From an uncultured virus (IMG/VR IMGVR_UViG_3300042934_000107) (taxonomy: Duplodnaviria; Heunggongvirae; Uroviricota; Caudoviricetes), in IMG/VR virus record IMGVR_UViG_3300042934_000107: a DNA stretch of 64,000 bases. One strand, 5' to 3'. Both the position numbers and the translations under genes were made by a program. The notes beneath the pieces are model-generated. The model ran no database searches and was not told the origin of the DNA. It saw only the letters and a program-made list of their open reading frames with translations. Shown piece after piece: positions 26,818 to 37,175 of the stretch (position 1 is its first letter; each line of letters starts with the position of its first letter).

Positions 26818-28499
26818 TGCTGCAATCCTCCAGATGGCCCACCTAATAAAGCAGTTAATCCATTATCGGTTGACATGTCAGCACTAGCAAGATTCTTGGC
26901 CCCTTGTGCTGCTGACAATCCCATCTGCACCGCATTAAGTTGCGCTTGCTGTTCTGCTCTGGCCTGTCTTACCGCTGCAACCTGCTCATCAGATACAATA
27001 ATAGAAGGAGGTACTCCGTTTAATGTTCCAAGCTGGTCTACTACTTCATCCCAGGCGATCTTATCAAGTATCTCTGGTAATTGCGCTGTTGTAGACATGT
27101 TAATGGCTTGCGTAACGGTATCCATTATAGGAGTAATTACATATTGTTTTTGCGCTTGTGACAGGATAGACACATACTCTATATCCATTTCCATTCCTTC
27201 AATCTCAGGAGGCGGAGGTGGATACACACCAGCTCTAAAACCTATATCGATTACCCGGTTAATTACTTGCGGTAAGTAACCTGTCTGCAGTCTTTCAAGT
27301 AGTGGCCCCATTTGTGACATTTTTTCAGATGATAATTCTATAACTTCCCTGGCTGTTCTTGTACCCTTTTCCATATCAGACAACAACTGGAACACCTTAG
27401 TATTAAAATGTTCTTTTATACATTCTTCAATAGACTGTTGTACTGCTGTTACATGGTCAAGGTTTAATTGCACTTGAAACAAAGGTTTAATAGCTCCGTC
27501 TGATCCACCAGTCGGATTATAATAATTAGCAGCAGCAGGCAACATGTTAATACCGCCGTTTTTCATGATATCGGAAGGTGCTTGTACTGCTGGCTTAACT
27601 CCTAACTCTACTGCTGTACAGATATCACGCCACATTAACTGTATTTGTTTAGCATCACCTAGAGACCATATACCAGGGCCAGTGCCATAAATATCAGCAC
27701 CTTTGGTTTGATACCTTTCAATCATCACAGGGAAAGTGTTGAATCCACCTTTTTTTAGAAACTCGCCAGGCTTTTGTCCAGCCATCCAGTAGTAGTCACT
27801 AAACTTCATAGAGTAATTATCAATCTTATCTGGATTATGTTTTGAATTAGGACAAATTAAATGCTTTACACACATTGTCTTATTATAGTTCTTATCTTTA
27901 TAACAACTTTTAACGCTTTCTGGAACATTTTCAATTCCAAACTTTTCAACGATCTGGAAAGGTGTCATTTCAATGTTTCTCGCGAATTGATTCGGCCTCT
28001 TCTTATTATCCAAACCTATTGCAAACTCACCACAGGTAAACGTTCTACAATTAATAACGGTTTCTTTATCTTCTTCTATTAACATTGCTGCAGTATTGAA
28101 TACACCTAACTCTAAATAGAATTGATGATTTTCAGTATAAAAACCACCTTTAAACAGCAAATCAAGGGTTATACTTTTAACAGCATCTAACCATGCAAGA
28201 ACCTGTGAACTCTGCATTACTTGCACATTAGGGAAAGCAAACTTTACCCACGGTCTGGTTGGTGAAGTAATACCCCATTGAAGTCCAGCAGCTAAGATAT
28301 GGCTGTACTTTATCGGCATAGTACGAAGCATTTCTTCATCTTCACGTTTACCGCTATTAGCTTCTTCTCCTTCAAAATATCCAATGTATGGATTGATGAA
28401 ATCCCTAACGTCCATAAATAAAGGCTTCCACTTTTCAAATTCATCGAACAATGTTTTATGTTGTCGATTGATGTACTCTGTTTCTTTTATTGAATCCAT
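26814..28499 (-). CDS. Portal / head-tail connector (Bbp21/T7-like)
   Basis: LAAGLQWGITSPTRPW, YGTGPG, RTAREV, GPLLERL motifs. Confidence 0.92.
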   Translation of the reverse strand: MDSIKETEYINRQHKTLFDEFEKWKPLFMDVRDFINPYIGYFEGEEANSGKREDEEMLRTMPIKYSHILAAGLQWGITSPTRPWVKFAFPNVQVMQSSQVLAWLDAVKSITLDLLFKGGFYTENHQFYLELGVFNTAAMLIEEDKETVINCRTFTCGEFAIGLDNKKRPNQFARNIEMTPFQIVEKFGIENVPESVKSCYKDKNYNKTMCVKHLICPNSKHNPDKIDNYSMKFSDYYWMAGQKPGEFLKKGGFNTFPVMIERYQTKGADIYGTGPGIWSLGDAKQIQLMWRDICTAVELGVKPAVQAPSDIMKNGGINMLPAAANYYNPTGGSDGAIKPLFQVQLNLDHVTAVQQSIEECIKEHFNTKVFQLLSDMEKGTRTAREVIELSSEKMSQMGPLLERLQTGYLPQVINRVIDIGFRAGVYPPPPPEIEGMEMDIEYVSILSQAQKQYVITPIMDTVTQAINMSTTAQLPEILDKIAWDEVVDQLGTLNGVPPSIIVSDEQVAAVRQARAEQQAQLNAVQMGLSAAQGAKNLASADMSTDNGLTALLGGPSGGLQQ

Positions 28500-28501
28500 G
28501 C

Positions 28502-28753
28502 TTATCCCCCTAACAGGGTCTTCTTATTTGTCGTTGCTGTTGACGTATCGCCACTAGACGAAGTACCTATTGTTGATTGTTGTCCAGATGCTGCTGCTGC
28601 TTTCTTTTTAGCTGACTTAGCAGAATCTATTGCGTCTGATCCACTAGTTACACCTACTGATGTAGGGGCAGGCGTTACCGCTGACGCATCGGCTTTACTT
28701 TTACTTCCAATTCCTAAAACACTGGTTACAAATCCAAGAGCTGGCCCACACAT
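28502..28753 (-). CDS. Small virion assembly protein
   Basis: MCG start after GGAGG; ends KKTLLGG before portal. Confidence 0.7.
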   Translation of the reverse strand: MCGPALGFVTSVLGIGSKSKADASAVTPAPTSVGVTSGSDAIDSAKSAKKKAAAASGQQSTIGTSSSGDTSTATTNKKTLLGG

Positions 28754-28754
28754 A

Positions 28755-30221
28755 TTATCTCCTCCTTCTGCTTTGTATTGGGTTATATTGAGACGTTGCG
28801 TAATGTATCGAATCGTTGTTTCTTTGTATAGGGTTATAACCTGCTGTAGCAAAGTGTAATCTACTGTTGAATTTATTTGTTCCGCTTTTACTTACAACAG
28901 GAACGGCAAAAGTTAAGGCAAGCCCTTCTGCCAAATCTGGGCTTGCCAATCCTCTTGTCTTCATATCTTTTTTTGCTTCAAGTTGTATCTTGTTACTAGA
29001 ACGGCTATAAAAATATTGTGGCCCTACTAAATCATCTCTTAAATCAGGTTCATTTGGCAGACAACCACCATCTTTTAACCATTGCAACATATCCCACCAT
29101 ATTTCTGCACGTTTGTTAAAACAATTTTGTTTACTCGACGCACTCCCTACCATTATTCCATTCCAATTTCTACCCCAGCTTGTACCTGCGTCTTTAACTC
29201 CAGCACCCCAACCAGTCAAATCTATATTAACTGCATCTGCATTGTGTTGGTCTTCGAAATTAGCTGTTATTGTTGCCAGTTGAGTAGTATCTATATTTCT
29301 TCCATACCACAACAGCCAAGAAGCTAACCCTTGGCGTTTAAATATAGAGCATCTATCATCACCAAAGTAAGACACGTCAACTCCAAGAACAATAGGAGAG
29401 TTTATATATACGTCTTCTCTCAAATTCCTTCCCATTGCTTCGTCAACTATATTAGAAGGTATCAACTGCAAAACAGAAGCATGGGGGAACTCTCCAAGTA
29501 CGCGTACTCTATACATGTCTGAGTCTTCACCATATTCATCTGCAATTTCTTTTGCATAAGAAGAGTCAACTAACGGAGAATCCAAGCAACTAAACGTAAA
29601 ACGTATCCAAGTGTCACGATTTTTATTATGAGATTGAAAGAAGTAACCTGTAGTTTGTGTTGGATTGCCAGTCATAAGAACTCTCGCATTAGGAGTTGAT
29701 AAAGCACCTCTAGCTACTTCAAACACCTTTTCATCAACGCCAGAAGCTTCATCTATCAAAAACAATATATTGTCTGCATGGAATCCCTGTAAAGCGTCAG
29801 GGTTCTCTTTGCGAGCTGTACGGGCAACAGCAAACTGATTCTTACCCATTCCTCTAACTTCTACCCTATCAGCTTTAATGACAATGTTTTGAGCAAACCA
29901 AGGTTCCATCTTCCCATGCCATTTAGATATTTCAGCCCACAGAACATCTTCTAATTGGTGCGCAGATGGTGCAGTGCAAGGTATCTTCACATCTGTATAA
30001 CAGCATAAAAACCATAAAGTTATCCAAGCTAATACGGTAGACTTCCCAACACCATGTCCAGCCTTTACACTTACTTTTGCACCAGGTTGCGCTATTGCCA
30101 TTAACAATTTTTTCTGTTGTTCTGTAGGTTTACCATGAAGTATTTTTTCAACAAATATTACTGGATTCTCTCTAAATATAGGTATCCACTTAGCCAGTTT
30201 TTCTATATCATTAGATGCCAT
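28755..30221 (-). CDS. terL: Terminase large subunit
   Basis: GHGVGKS Walker A, IDEASG Walker B, TGNP, GVDV, SPDLAEGLALTF. Confidence 0.93.
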   Translation of the reverse strand: MASNDIEKLAKWIPIFRENPVIFVEKILHGKPTEQQKKLLMAIAQPGAKVSVKAGHGVGKSTVLAWITLWFLCCYTDVKIPCTAPSAHQLEDVLWAEISKWHGKMEPWFAQNIVIKADRVEVRGMGKNQFAVARTARKENPDALQGFHADNILFLIDEASGVDEKVFEVARGALSTPNARVLMTGNPTQTTGYFFQSHNKNRDTWIRFTFSCLDSPLVDSSYAKEIADEYGEDSDMYRVRVLGEFPHASVLQLIPSNIVDEAMGRNLREDVYINSPIVLGVDVSYFGDDRCSIFKRQGLASWLLWYGRNIDTTQLATITANFEDQHNADAVNIDLTGWGAGVKDAGTSWGRNWNGIMVGSASSKQNCFNKRAEIWWDMLQWLKDGGCLPNEPDLRDDLVGPQYFYSRSSNKIQLEAKKDMKTRGLASPDLAEGLALTFAVPVVSKSGTNKFNSRLHFATAGYNPIQRNNDSIHYATSQYNPIQSRRRR

Positions 30222-30718
30222 TACAACTCGCCCCACCTCCTATCTCCCATTACCTTAACCCTGTAATTCTTAAACATTGTCTTAAGTACATTCTGAATAC
30301 GCTGTCCCTTGCAGAATAACCACGGGTTAATAAAATATTGAATGCCTTTGCTGTTCCTGCCACGATACAATATATCTTTCTTAATTAATGAGTTAATTGC
30401 AGCAGATACAGCACCGCGACTCATGCCAGATATCTTTATCATGTCGTCAAATGCTAACTCGTTACCATTGTCATATTTCAAACAACAATCTTCATATCCA
30501 ACATATACAGCCATACAAAACAAAAACGCCTTTTCAGGCGTAGACAGTATTTGGAACATCTTCCTTAGTTCGGCAGTATTTCCTTTATAGAAGTGTTCTA
30601 ACTTCCATATCTGATAATTCTCTAGATAATCAATACTCTCTTTCCTCAGTATGCGATCACCTTCATTTATCTGGCCTATAATCTCACCATTATGATCTAC
30701 TATGTTAGCTTTTTTAAT
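30221..30718 (-). CDS. RepL-like winged-helix protein, probable ATT start
   Basis: Frame open to ATT 9 nt after GGAGG; HTH and YFINPWLF motif. Confidence 0.65.
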   Translation of the reverse strand: MKKANIVDHNGEIIGQINEGDRILRKESIDYLENYQIWKLEHFYKGNTAELRKMFQILSTPEKAFLFCMAVYVGYEDCCLKYDNGNELAFDDMIKISGMSRGAVSAAINSLIKKDILYRGRNSKGIQYFINPWLFCKGQRIQNVLKTMFKNYRVKVMGDRRWGEL

Positions 30719-30855
30719 GTTTTAACGCCTCCCAAGTTCATATATTGAACTAAATAAGCCTTTTTAGTTCATGTGGTGAACCTGCAAAAAAACCTGCAAT
30801 CCCATACTACATAAGGCTTCACAGGTGTTTTTTTATGTAGTTGTCCCTCTTAGTC

Positions 30856-31020
30856 TTAATCCGTTAATCTTACTCCACAAAATGGACAGTATTGAATATT
30901 GTATATAACTGCATCATCAATATATTCCATGATAATCCAATTGTTAGATTTATCTTTTGATATATCGATACATCTGTTACTACTGTTTTTCATTTCACTG
31001 CATTCATGTGTTCCCATAAT
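30856..31020 (-). CDS. Small Cys-containing protein
   Basis: IQYCPFCG terminus; start refined to MGTHEC. Confidence 0.55.
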   Translation of the reverse strand: MMGTHECSEMKNSSNRCIDISKDKSNNWIIMEYIDDAVIYNIQYCPFCGVRLTD

Positions 31021-31337
31021 GAACCTCGCGTTTATAATATTTTTGAAAATTTTCCGCGTTTTGTTATTTTTGGGGAGAGTGACTATACCAAGGAATGCGC
31101 GCCCATAAATTTTGGGGTACGCCCCCACCCCTGCCTGTTTATTTAAAGTTTCACCGTGGATAATCATCTGGCATTTCGGACGAATACGCACCACACTTAT
31201 TGCATACAGCATCTTCCTTGACTTCGCCTATAACCCATTCATGATCACATTCATCGATCTCTACATTCATGCTAATTCCTCCATTTATTACCTTCTCAAT
31301 GTTCGATAATTGGTTATTATTGTACTTTGATAATTGG

Positions 31338-31838
31338 CTATCTATCTAATGTTTTAAGCACATCAGATAGAGTTGTAACATTCATGTTTATGTTTTGAGT
31401 GTCTTGCCATCCATAATTAGCTTTCAGGGTAAATATAACGCCAGCAGGGTTCTTCACGTTCCAGATAGATTCGGCAGCATATGCCAAACATCTTTGCCTT
31501 GCTCGTTTTATTGTTGCGACAAACTCTGGTAGCTTCTCTAAGTTACTTATTGTTTCATTATCGCAATCCAGATACAGACACAATCCCTGCAATGTATAAG
31601 GCTTAACTTGAAACCTATCCATCACAGGTTTACCATCATCATCAAACACAACATTGCCTTTATTGTCTTTAATAACTTTATTGTCCCAACATGAATCAAA
31701 ATAACCATCTATCAATACAGCTAATTCATCCGGATCTTGAAACTTCCTTGGTCTTCCACCTTTATTCCCTACAGCATTCTTATTACCAAACTGCTGTTGA
31801 GCAGGTGTTAGCTTTCTTTTCCCTTCATTATCACTCAT
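31338..31838 (-). CDS. terS: Terminase small subunit
   Basis: GNKNAVGNKGGRP, PYTLQGLCLYL, IFTLKANYGW. Confidence 0.85.
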   Translation of the reverse strand: MSDNEGKRKLTPAQQQFGNKNAVGNKGGRPRKFQDPDELAVLIDGYFDSCWDNKVIKDNKGNVVFDDDGKPVMDRFQVKPYTLQGLCLYLDCDNETISNLEKLPEFVATIKRARQRCLAYAAESIWNVKNPAGVIFTLKANYGWQDTQNINMNVTTLSDVLKTLDR

Positions 31839-32039
31839 TTATCTCACCTCACTTATCAATAATCCTTCGCTTGCTAACCTTTTTGTGATTCTCTTGTCAC
31901 ACTTTAAACACTTGACAAACGTAGTTGTGCCATATTCATTACTAACAATCTCTACAATATCCATTTTAGATTTGCAATACCTGCACTTCCATTTCTTGTT
32001 TATATTTTTAATAAACTTTCTAGAAGGAATCATCATCAC
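31839..32039 (-). CDS. Small zinc-ribbon protein
   Basis: CRYC...CLKC. Confidence 0.55.
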   Translation of the reverse strand: MMMIPSRKFIKNINKKWKCRYCKSKMDIVEIVSNEYGTTTFVKCLKCDKRITKRLASEGLLISEVR

Positions 32040-32470
32040 ACCTCCACACTTCGCTTCTGCGCTCTTTTATTAACTACACCTATACAATCCTATTACATAT
32101 TATTCCGTAATATAATTAGCCTTAATAAACCTATTCATCAAATCAACTTGCAAATGTCCTATTTAATTAGCCAATGACTTGAAGATAGTATTTCCATTGA
32201 TTTAAAACTTAGTAGCTCAAAACCATTTACACAAAATGATTTACACTCCCCGTCTAAATAGGCGGTTCTTTTTTTTATACAGAAAAGCCGTACCAATAAG
32301 ATACGGCTGAAATAATCCCAATTGGGAATCCCTATGTTTCACCACTTGCATATGAATTTTGCATAGGGATTATATAAAGTTTATCAGCAGTCCTTTCATT
32401 TATTTGAAGAACAAATTACCATTCCTGCTATTAATAGAATAACATGTAAAACATTACCTTTGTCACGGTG

Positions 32471-32941
32471 TTAAAGGATTTTTTTTCTAATTGCTATCCT
32501 AACCCCAACTTCTACTATTTCTTTCCACCACTCAAGCATTGTTTGTCTGCCCGGCACATGATCACAACCATACCGTCTATTATGCCACTCAGCATATTTA
32601 TACTGTACATTGTCCATCCATCCAGGTCTACCACCATTACTATATTGATTATTAACCATTTGTCGTCTAAAATGGAGGAACATTCGCTTTTTCTCGGATA
32701 AGGTAGACTCTGTAGCCTCGACAACTAACAGCCAGTCCTTATCTGTCTCTAAATTAGCGAGTGACATGCCTTTACTCTGTGTTGGATTGCCTACGCTAGT
32801 ACCTTTTGGCATACCATCATATTGAGTGGCTCCTAGTGTTGCAAACTGGGAGCATTTTTCTTTATATGCGTTCAATCGCTCGTGGTAGTTTAATAACCAG
32901 TCGGATACAGTTTTGTTCTCTTGTTTGATTGTTGGCTGCAT
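32471..32941 (-). CDS. Probable late-gene transcriptional activator (ArpU/RinA-like)
   Basis: YDGMPKG..VGNPT motif; last early gene before packaging module. Confidence 0.65.
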   Translation of the reverse strand: MQPTIKQENKTVSDWLLNYHERLNAYKEKCSQFATLGATQYDGMPKGTSVGNPTQSKGMSLANLETDKDWLLVVEATESTLSEKKRMFLHFRRQMVNNQYSNGGRPGWMDNVQYKYAEWHNRRYGCDHVPGRQTMLEWWKEIVEVGVRIAIRKKIL

Positions 32942-33149
32942 GCGTTACCTCCTTGTAATAAATGTTCCAATAATAATCCAAATAGCAAGGCAAATTATTG
33001 CTAGATCAATATTAATCCCACTCATCATATCCCTCTCTCCTTGCTCATTACAGCCGATATATACCCATCCGAATAGTAAATCATGCACACCACTTTAAAA
33101 CGCTTCATAACCCATTTGCTGACCTTGTGGTATGGCACTTGAATCATGG

Positions 33150-33344
33150 CTACACCACCTTATGCCAAATTCTTTTAGCATCACTTTTGTTTATTTTATA
33201 TCTTTCACGCCATTGACCTATGCACTGCTTTGAAACATTTCTAATCATTCCAAGAGTAGAATCGCAAACTCCAATATCATTTAATAACAATCTCCAATAA
33301 TGCTCAGTGAATTTAATTTCTTTAGGCATTTCCATCCTCCTCAA
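33150..33344 (-). CDS. Small HTH-like protein
   Basis: DSTLG...VSKQCIGQWR. Confidence 0.5.
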   Translation of the reverse strand: MRRMEMPKEIKFTEHYWRLLLNDIGVCDSTLGMIRNVSKQCIGQWRERYKINKSDAKRIWHKVV

Positions 33345-33559
33345 TAACTCAGCAAATTCCTAATGATGTCCCGCGTAGGCTGATCCCCATTATCCTGAAA
33401 ATACTTGATTGCTATTTTGTATTTTTCTAGTTCTTGCTCTAACAATTCAACTTTATTTGTTTTGTTGAAAAACATTTCCCCTCTATCGCAATGTCCTAAA
33501 TATTCGCATTGTCCATTTTGGCTGCCATAGAAGCATTCACGGCAATTCTTTTCTTTCAT
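33341..33559 (-). CDS. Hypothetical Cys-rich protein
   Basis: ORF in early operon. Confidence 0.55.
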   Translation of the reverse strand: MKEKNCRECFYGSQNGQCEYLGHCDRGEMFFNKTNKVELLEQELEKYKIAIKYFQDNGDQPTRDIIRNLLSY

Positions 33560-33763
33560 TTGTAAATCACCTGCCTAATATTTGTTAATCTTAGAAAGTG
33601 TCTACTCCACACCACCCCAGTGCATCAAACTCCATCATCTTCCTCACCACATACTGATTGCAAGTCTCTCGCCTCTGGTGCGTCCTGCCTCTCTTGTGAC
33701 ACATGATCTCTCTGCCATCAACCCTTTTCTTTAGATTCTGGCAGCCGTCACATTTACTTGCCA

Positions 33764-34153
33764 TCATTTACCCCCAGGAATGATCATCTTGCCGTCCATG
33801 TGATCAACCATCCATTTAGCATACTGCCAACACTTTCCCGCATCTTCTCGCGCTTTTCCTTTTCTGCCAAGTCTCATAGAATACTTAATAACATTTCCCC
33901 ATAAGAATCCTTGAAACTGTTCTGCTGTCATTAATTCCTGCATAATTTCTATAGGTTGTTTACTTGTCATGTAGTGGTTAGCTTCTTCTGTTGTGCCTAT
34001 TCCTATAGGCGTGTCCCGTGGCTCCCAATACACAAATCCACTTCCGCTGCAATACTCTTTGTCTTCATTGCAATCTCTACATCTTGAACATGATACGCAA
34101 CTCTTTATTACCACCATCACTCTTTCCCCTTCCGATTCTCTCTGCACCACCAA
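33764..34153 (-). CDS. DUF3310-like protein
   Basis: HY...QPIE, GFLWGNVIKY..RLGRKG..ED..K..Y. Confidence 0.8.
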   Translation of the reverse strand: MVVQRESEGERVMVVIKSCVSCSRCRDCNEDKEYCSGSGFVYWEPRDTPIGIGTTEEANHYMTSKQPIEIMQELMTAEQFQGFLWGNVIKYSMRLGRKGKAREDAGKCWQYAKWMVDHMDGKMIIPGGK

Positions 34154-34404
34154 ATGAATTTCACAGCCATAGCAGCAACCTGTATCAACTCACCATCTAA
34201 TTCTTCCATATTTCTCGCCTGTGGCTTTTTTCTTACGTGTTCCCATACTTCCTCTACCTCTTCTAATAAAACGGCATACGCCTCATGTGCGGAAGTGAAT
34301 TGTGGATATGCTATGTTAGCATTGTGTATCTCAAAGTAAACTTTATCTAGCATGTCGTTAATATCAATTTGTTTTGGTAAATCAATCATTTTAACGCTTA
34401 ACAT
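34117..34404 (-). CDS. MazG-like all-alpha nucleotide pyrophosphohydrolase
   Basis: LLEEVEEV...ELIQVAAMA. Confidence 0.6.
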   Translation of the reverse strand: MLSVKMIDLPKQIDINDMLDKVYFEIHNANIAYPQFTSAHEAYAVLLEEVEEVWEHVRKKPQARNMEELDGELIQVAAMAVKFIWWCRENRKGKE

Positions 34405-34779
34405 CTATCCAACCACCTTTATCTCAATTTCTACCCTCGGATTTTCCTTATCTACTCCAACTATCCGACTACCATCTAAACTAACAATTAACGCATCATC
34501 TTTGATTATCTCTGCCTTTTGCAGTATATCGTGGCTTGCTGCCAATAAATTTGTAAGATCTGTTTTACGCTTATCTTTTAGGTAATACAGGCAAGTAACT
34601 TTTATTTTTTCATTAATCGGCTCTTTAACATAACATCCTTCAAATCCCATTTGTTCTAAACAATCTTTCTCATACTCCCTATACGCCTTGCTTTGTATTA
34701 ATCTTGGTCTACCACCGCACGATATAATCTGCATGCTATTTTTTTTGGTAATTGGCTTTCCATATAATGTAATTTTCAT
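34405..34779 (-). CDS. rusA: RusA-family Holliday junction resolvase
   Basis: DLTNL...DIL...IIKDD, NPRVEIEI. Confidence 0.88.
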   Translation of the reverse strand: MKITLYGKPITKKNSMQIISCGGRPRLIQSKAYREYEKDCLEQMGFEGCYVKEPINEKIKVTCLYYLKDKRKTDLTNLLAASHDILQKAEIIKDDALIVSLDGSRIVGVDKENPRVEIEIKVVG

Positions 34780-35058
34780 CTACTCACGCTCCTCCGCCAG
34801 CAATTCGGATCGTTTTTGGCAGAAACTAATAAATTTACAATCGCCGTCACATTCTTTCCATTTGCCGAAACCCCCACTAGTACAAACATATCCATGTAAA
34901 TTGACTGCCAACCGCCCCAACTCAGCGTATTTTTCTTGTTGTTCGATATAATCTGAAATTTCATTTGCTATTTCATCAGCTAACAATACCACCCTATTGC
35001 CGTCTTTCATTAATCCATCAGGCTTTAGAAAATATATCATTGTTTTAGCATCCATCAT
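34780..35058 (-). CDS. Hypothetical protein
   Basis: ORF with RBS in early operon. Confidence 0.55.
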   Translation of the reverse strand: MMDAKTMIYFLKPDGLMKDGNRVVLLADEIANEISDYIEQQEKYAELGRLAVNLHGYVCTSGGFGKWKECDGDCKFISFCQKRSELLAEERE

Positions 35059-35075
35059 TCTGCCTCCCCATTTTC

Positions 35076-35321
35076 TTAATCAACTAACCTCAAAAATACC
35101 TTGTTCTCAATTTCTTCAAGAGCTACCGTATATTGTCCGAAATATAAACTTTTCCCTATTTCTAAACTATCAATATCATTTACAAGTTTTATCCACTGCT
35201 TATTCGCCAATGGATTGTCATTATTTAGAGGATTTGCTTTAGGTATTAAAAAACTAGCTATTTTAAACCTAGATGCATCACAAAAACAGACATTATCTTC
35301 AGTAACACACCATGCTTTCAT
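35076..35321 (-). CDS. Hypothetical protein
   Basis: ORF with RBS. Confidence 0.55.
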   Translation of the reverse strand: MKAWCVTEDNVCFCDASRFKIASFLIPKANPLNNDNPLANKQWIKLVNDIDSLEIGKSLYFGQYTVALEEIENKVFLRLVD

Positions 35322-35342
35322 TTTTGATTTACCTCCTTACAT

Positions 35343-35747
35343 TTACTTTCCCAGCGATTTAGTGTAATGACTACTTCCGATGATCGTACCCTTCATGTTC
35401 CACGTCTTAGCACGTTTAGACAGTGGCATTTTGATAGGCTCCACTCTGTTACCATACTGCTTTAGATAATCTTCTATCTCTGTTTTACTTACTGTAATCG
35501 CCTTGCACGGTGAACTCCTAACTGGTGGCATCTCCTTGCCTGTAGGCTCATATTTATCCGATGCACTCCGCATTAACTTATTTTTTAGATAATTACCATC
35601 TTTTATCTTGTAGATAAAGTTTTCTACCTTGCAAAGTGGTGCTCCAACTTCTCTTGCTATACCCTGTAACTTCATTCCGCTACCTCTAAGTCTAAGGATC
35701 ATTTGCTCTTGTCGTAATGTTAATTCAGCATTTTTAAACACCTGCAT
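35343..35747 (-). CDS. HTH-containing protein
   Basis: LRGSGMKLQGIAREVG. Confidence 0.55.
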   Translation of the reverse strand: MQVFKNAELTLRQEQMILRLRGSGMKLQGIAREVGAPLCKVENFIYKIKDGNYLKNKLMRSASDKYEPTGKEMPPVRSSPCKAITVSKTEIEDYLKQYGNRVEPIKMPLSKRAKTWNMKGTIIGSSHYTKSLGK

Positions 35748-35906
35748 AATATAACCTCTCTATTTCACGATTTAAGCGATTTAATTTACGCTTGTATGTA
35801 TTTCTATGTCTGCCGTTTAAAGTAACGTCTATGATTAAATTCGACCGCTTTTCTTGCATTTCTATAATTGATTTCCTGTTCTTATTTCCTGCAAGCCAGT
35901 CCATAA

Positions 35907-37175
35907 TCAACACTCCCCTATAAAATCCATCTTTTCGCCATTGAATTTCAAAAGTATCTTGCCTTTCGGACCATTACGATTTTTATCAATAACAAGGAAG
36001 TAATTGTATCCGCCTTTTTTCTCGTACTCTTTGCGATTAGCCTCATTCATTTCTTGCAAGTACATGAATAGATCTGCCTCGTTCTTGATAGCTTTTGCTC
36101 CCTCTAACTTTTCCTCTTCCGTCAATTGAGCAAGCATGATAACAGTGATTCCTAACCTCTGCGCTAGTGTCTTTAGTTTCTTGGCTATTGATCGCATTAC
36201 CTGATATTCCTTAAGCTTTGGATCTGTCGTCTCCATCCTGCCAATGTAGTCAACAATTAGCACCTTAATACCCTTCTGTGATTTAAACTTATTAGCTACT
36301 GATATTACTTGATCTACTGTAAGCTCCGGCAGCGTTACATTATAAAACTTACTTTGTGACATCAGTGTTAGGTTTTCTGCTAGTGCATCAACTTGACAAG
36401 GTTGTAAATTCCCTGTGGCTATGTCACTATACTTGATACTCGCATGTTCTCTAGTAATCAGTGCAGCAAGCCTGATATCTATTTGTTGCTCGTTCATTTC
36501 AGTGTTTACATACAGCAATTCATACTTCTGCATAATTGCTATGTCTCTTGATAAGTTTAGTGAAAATGCTGTCTTACCTCTGCCAGTCTCAGCACCAAGA
36601 ATAATCAATTCACCTGGCTGAAACCCACCATTAATTATCTTGTTCAGCTTGCCGTAAGATGTTTTAATGCCTCCGCTAGACTTGTTATTTACTCGATCAA
36701 CGATTGTTGTTAGTATGCTTGTGGCTCTCTCTTCTGGCGTGACAATATGTACATCCGTCGTCTCTACGTTGATTCCATATACCTTGTCTTGTAGCTCTGA
36801 CAATATCTCGTTGATATCGTCACCGTCTATTAATCGTCTAGAAGTTTGTTCAGCAATGTTTTGTAGTTCGAAAGCCTTATGATTGTTTCTTAGCTTATCA
36901 ATTACATATTCAAATTCTCCTCTAGTACAAAACGACTGGCTAACCATCAGCCATTTGGTGTGATTCTTAACAAGGATAGGTTTTATTTCTTCATAGACGG
37001 TAACCAAGCTAATTGTTTTACCATCAGAGTACATTGACTTGATTGTTTCGAATATTATCCGGTTCATTTTATTTGAAAAGTACTCTGGCTTTATATCTGC
37101 TATAGCCATATCTAAACATTGCTGATATGAGCACATAGCATTTAATGCTTTAGCCTCTAAATCTAAGTCAATCAA
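35907..37175 (-). CDS. dnaB: Replicative DNA helicase (DnaB family)
   Basis: GAETGRGKT, IVDYI, LAQL, KNRNG motifs. Confidence 0.92.
   Translation of the reverse strand: MIDLDLEAKALNAMCSYQQCLDMAIADIKPEYFSNKMNRIIFETIKSMYSDGKTISLVTVYEEIKPILVKNHTKWLMVSQSFCTRGEFEYVIDKLRNNHKAFELQNIAEQTSRRLIDGDDINEILSELQDKVYGINVETTDVHIVTPEERATSILTTIVDRVNNKSSGGIKTSYGKLNKIINGGFQPGELIILGAETGRGKTAFSLNLSRDIAIMQKYELLYVNTEMNEQQIDIRLAALITREHASIKYSDIATGNLQPCQVDALAENLTLMSQSKFYNVTLPELTVDQVISVANKFKSQKGIKVLIVDYIGRMETTDPKLKEYQVMRSIAKKLKTLAQRLGITVIMLAQLTEEEKLEGAKAIKNEADLFMYLQEMNEANRKEYEKKGGYNYFLVIDKNRNGPKGKILLKFNGEKMDFIGEC

Noticed and set aside
9082..30221. Diversity-generating retroelement, expected given BPP-1-like virion genes
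   Set aside because: No reverse transcriptase ORF and no TR/VR repeat pair with adenine-specific mismatches seen
30735..30782. Palindromes read as SOS boxes
   Set aside because: Orientation GTTC-N7-GAAC does not match the Firmicutes GAAC-N4-GTTC box
31299..31330. dif/Xer-like site ATGTTCGATAA-N7-TTATTGTACTT
   Set aside because: Spacer is 7 rather than 6 bp and arm match is weak
32070..32460. Small hairpins between late activator and terS as ncRNAs
   Set aside because: Compatible with late promoter and terminators; no further support
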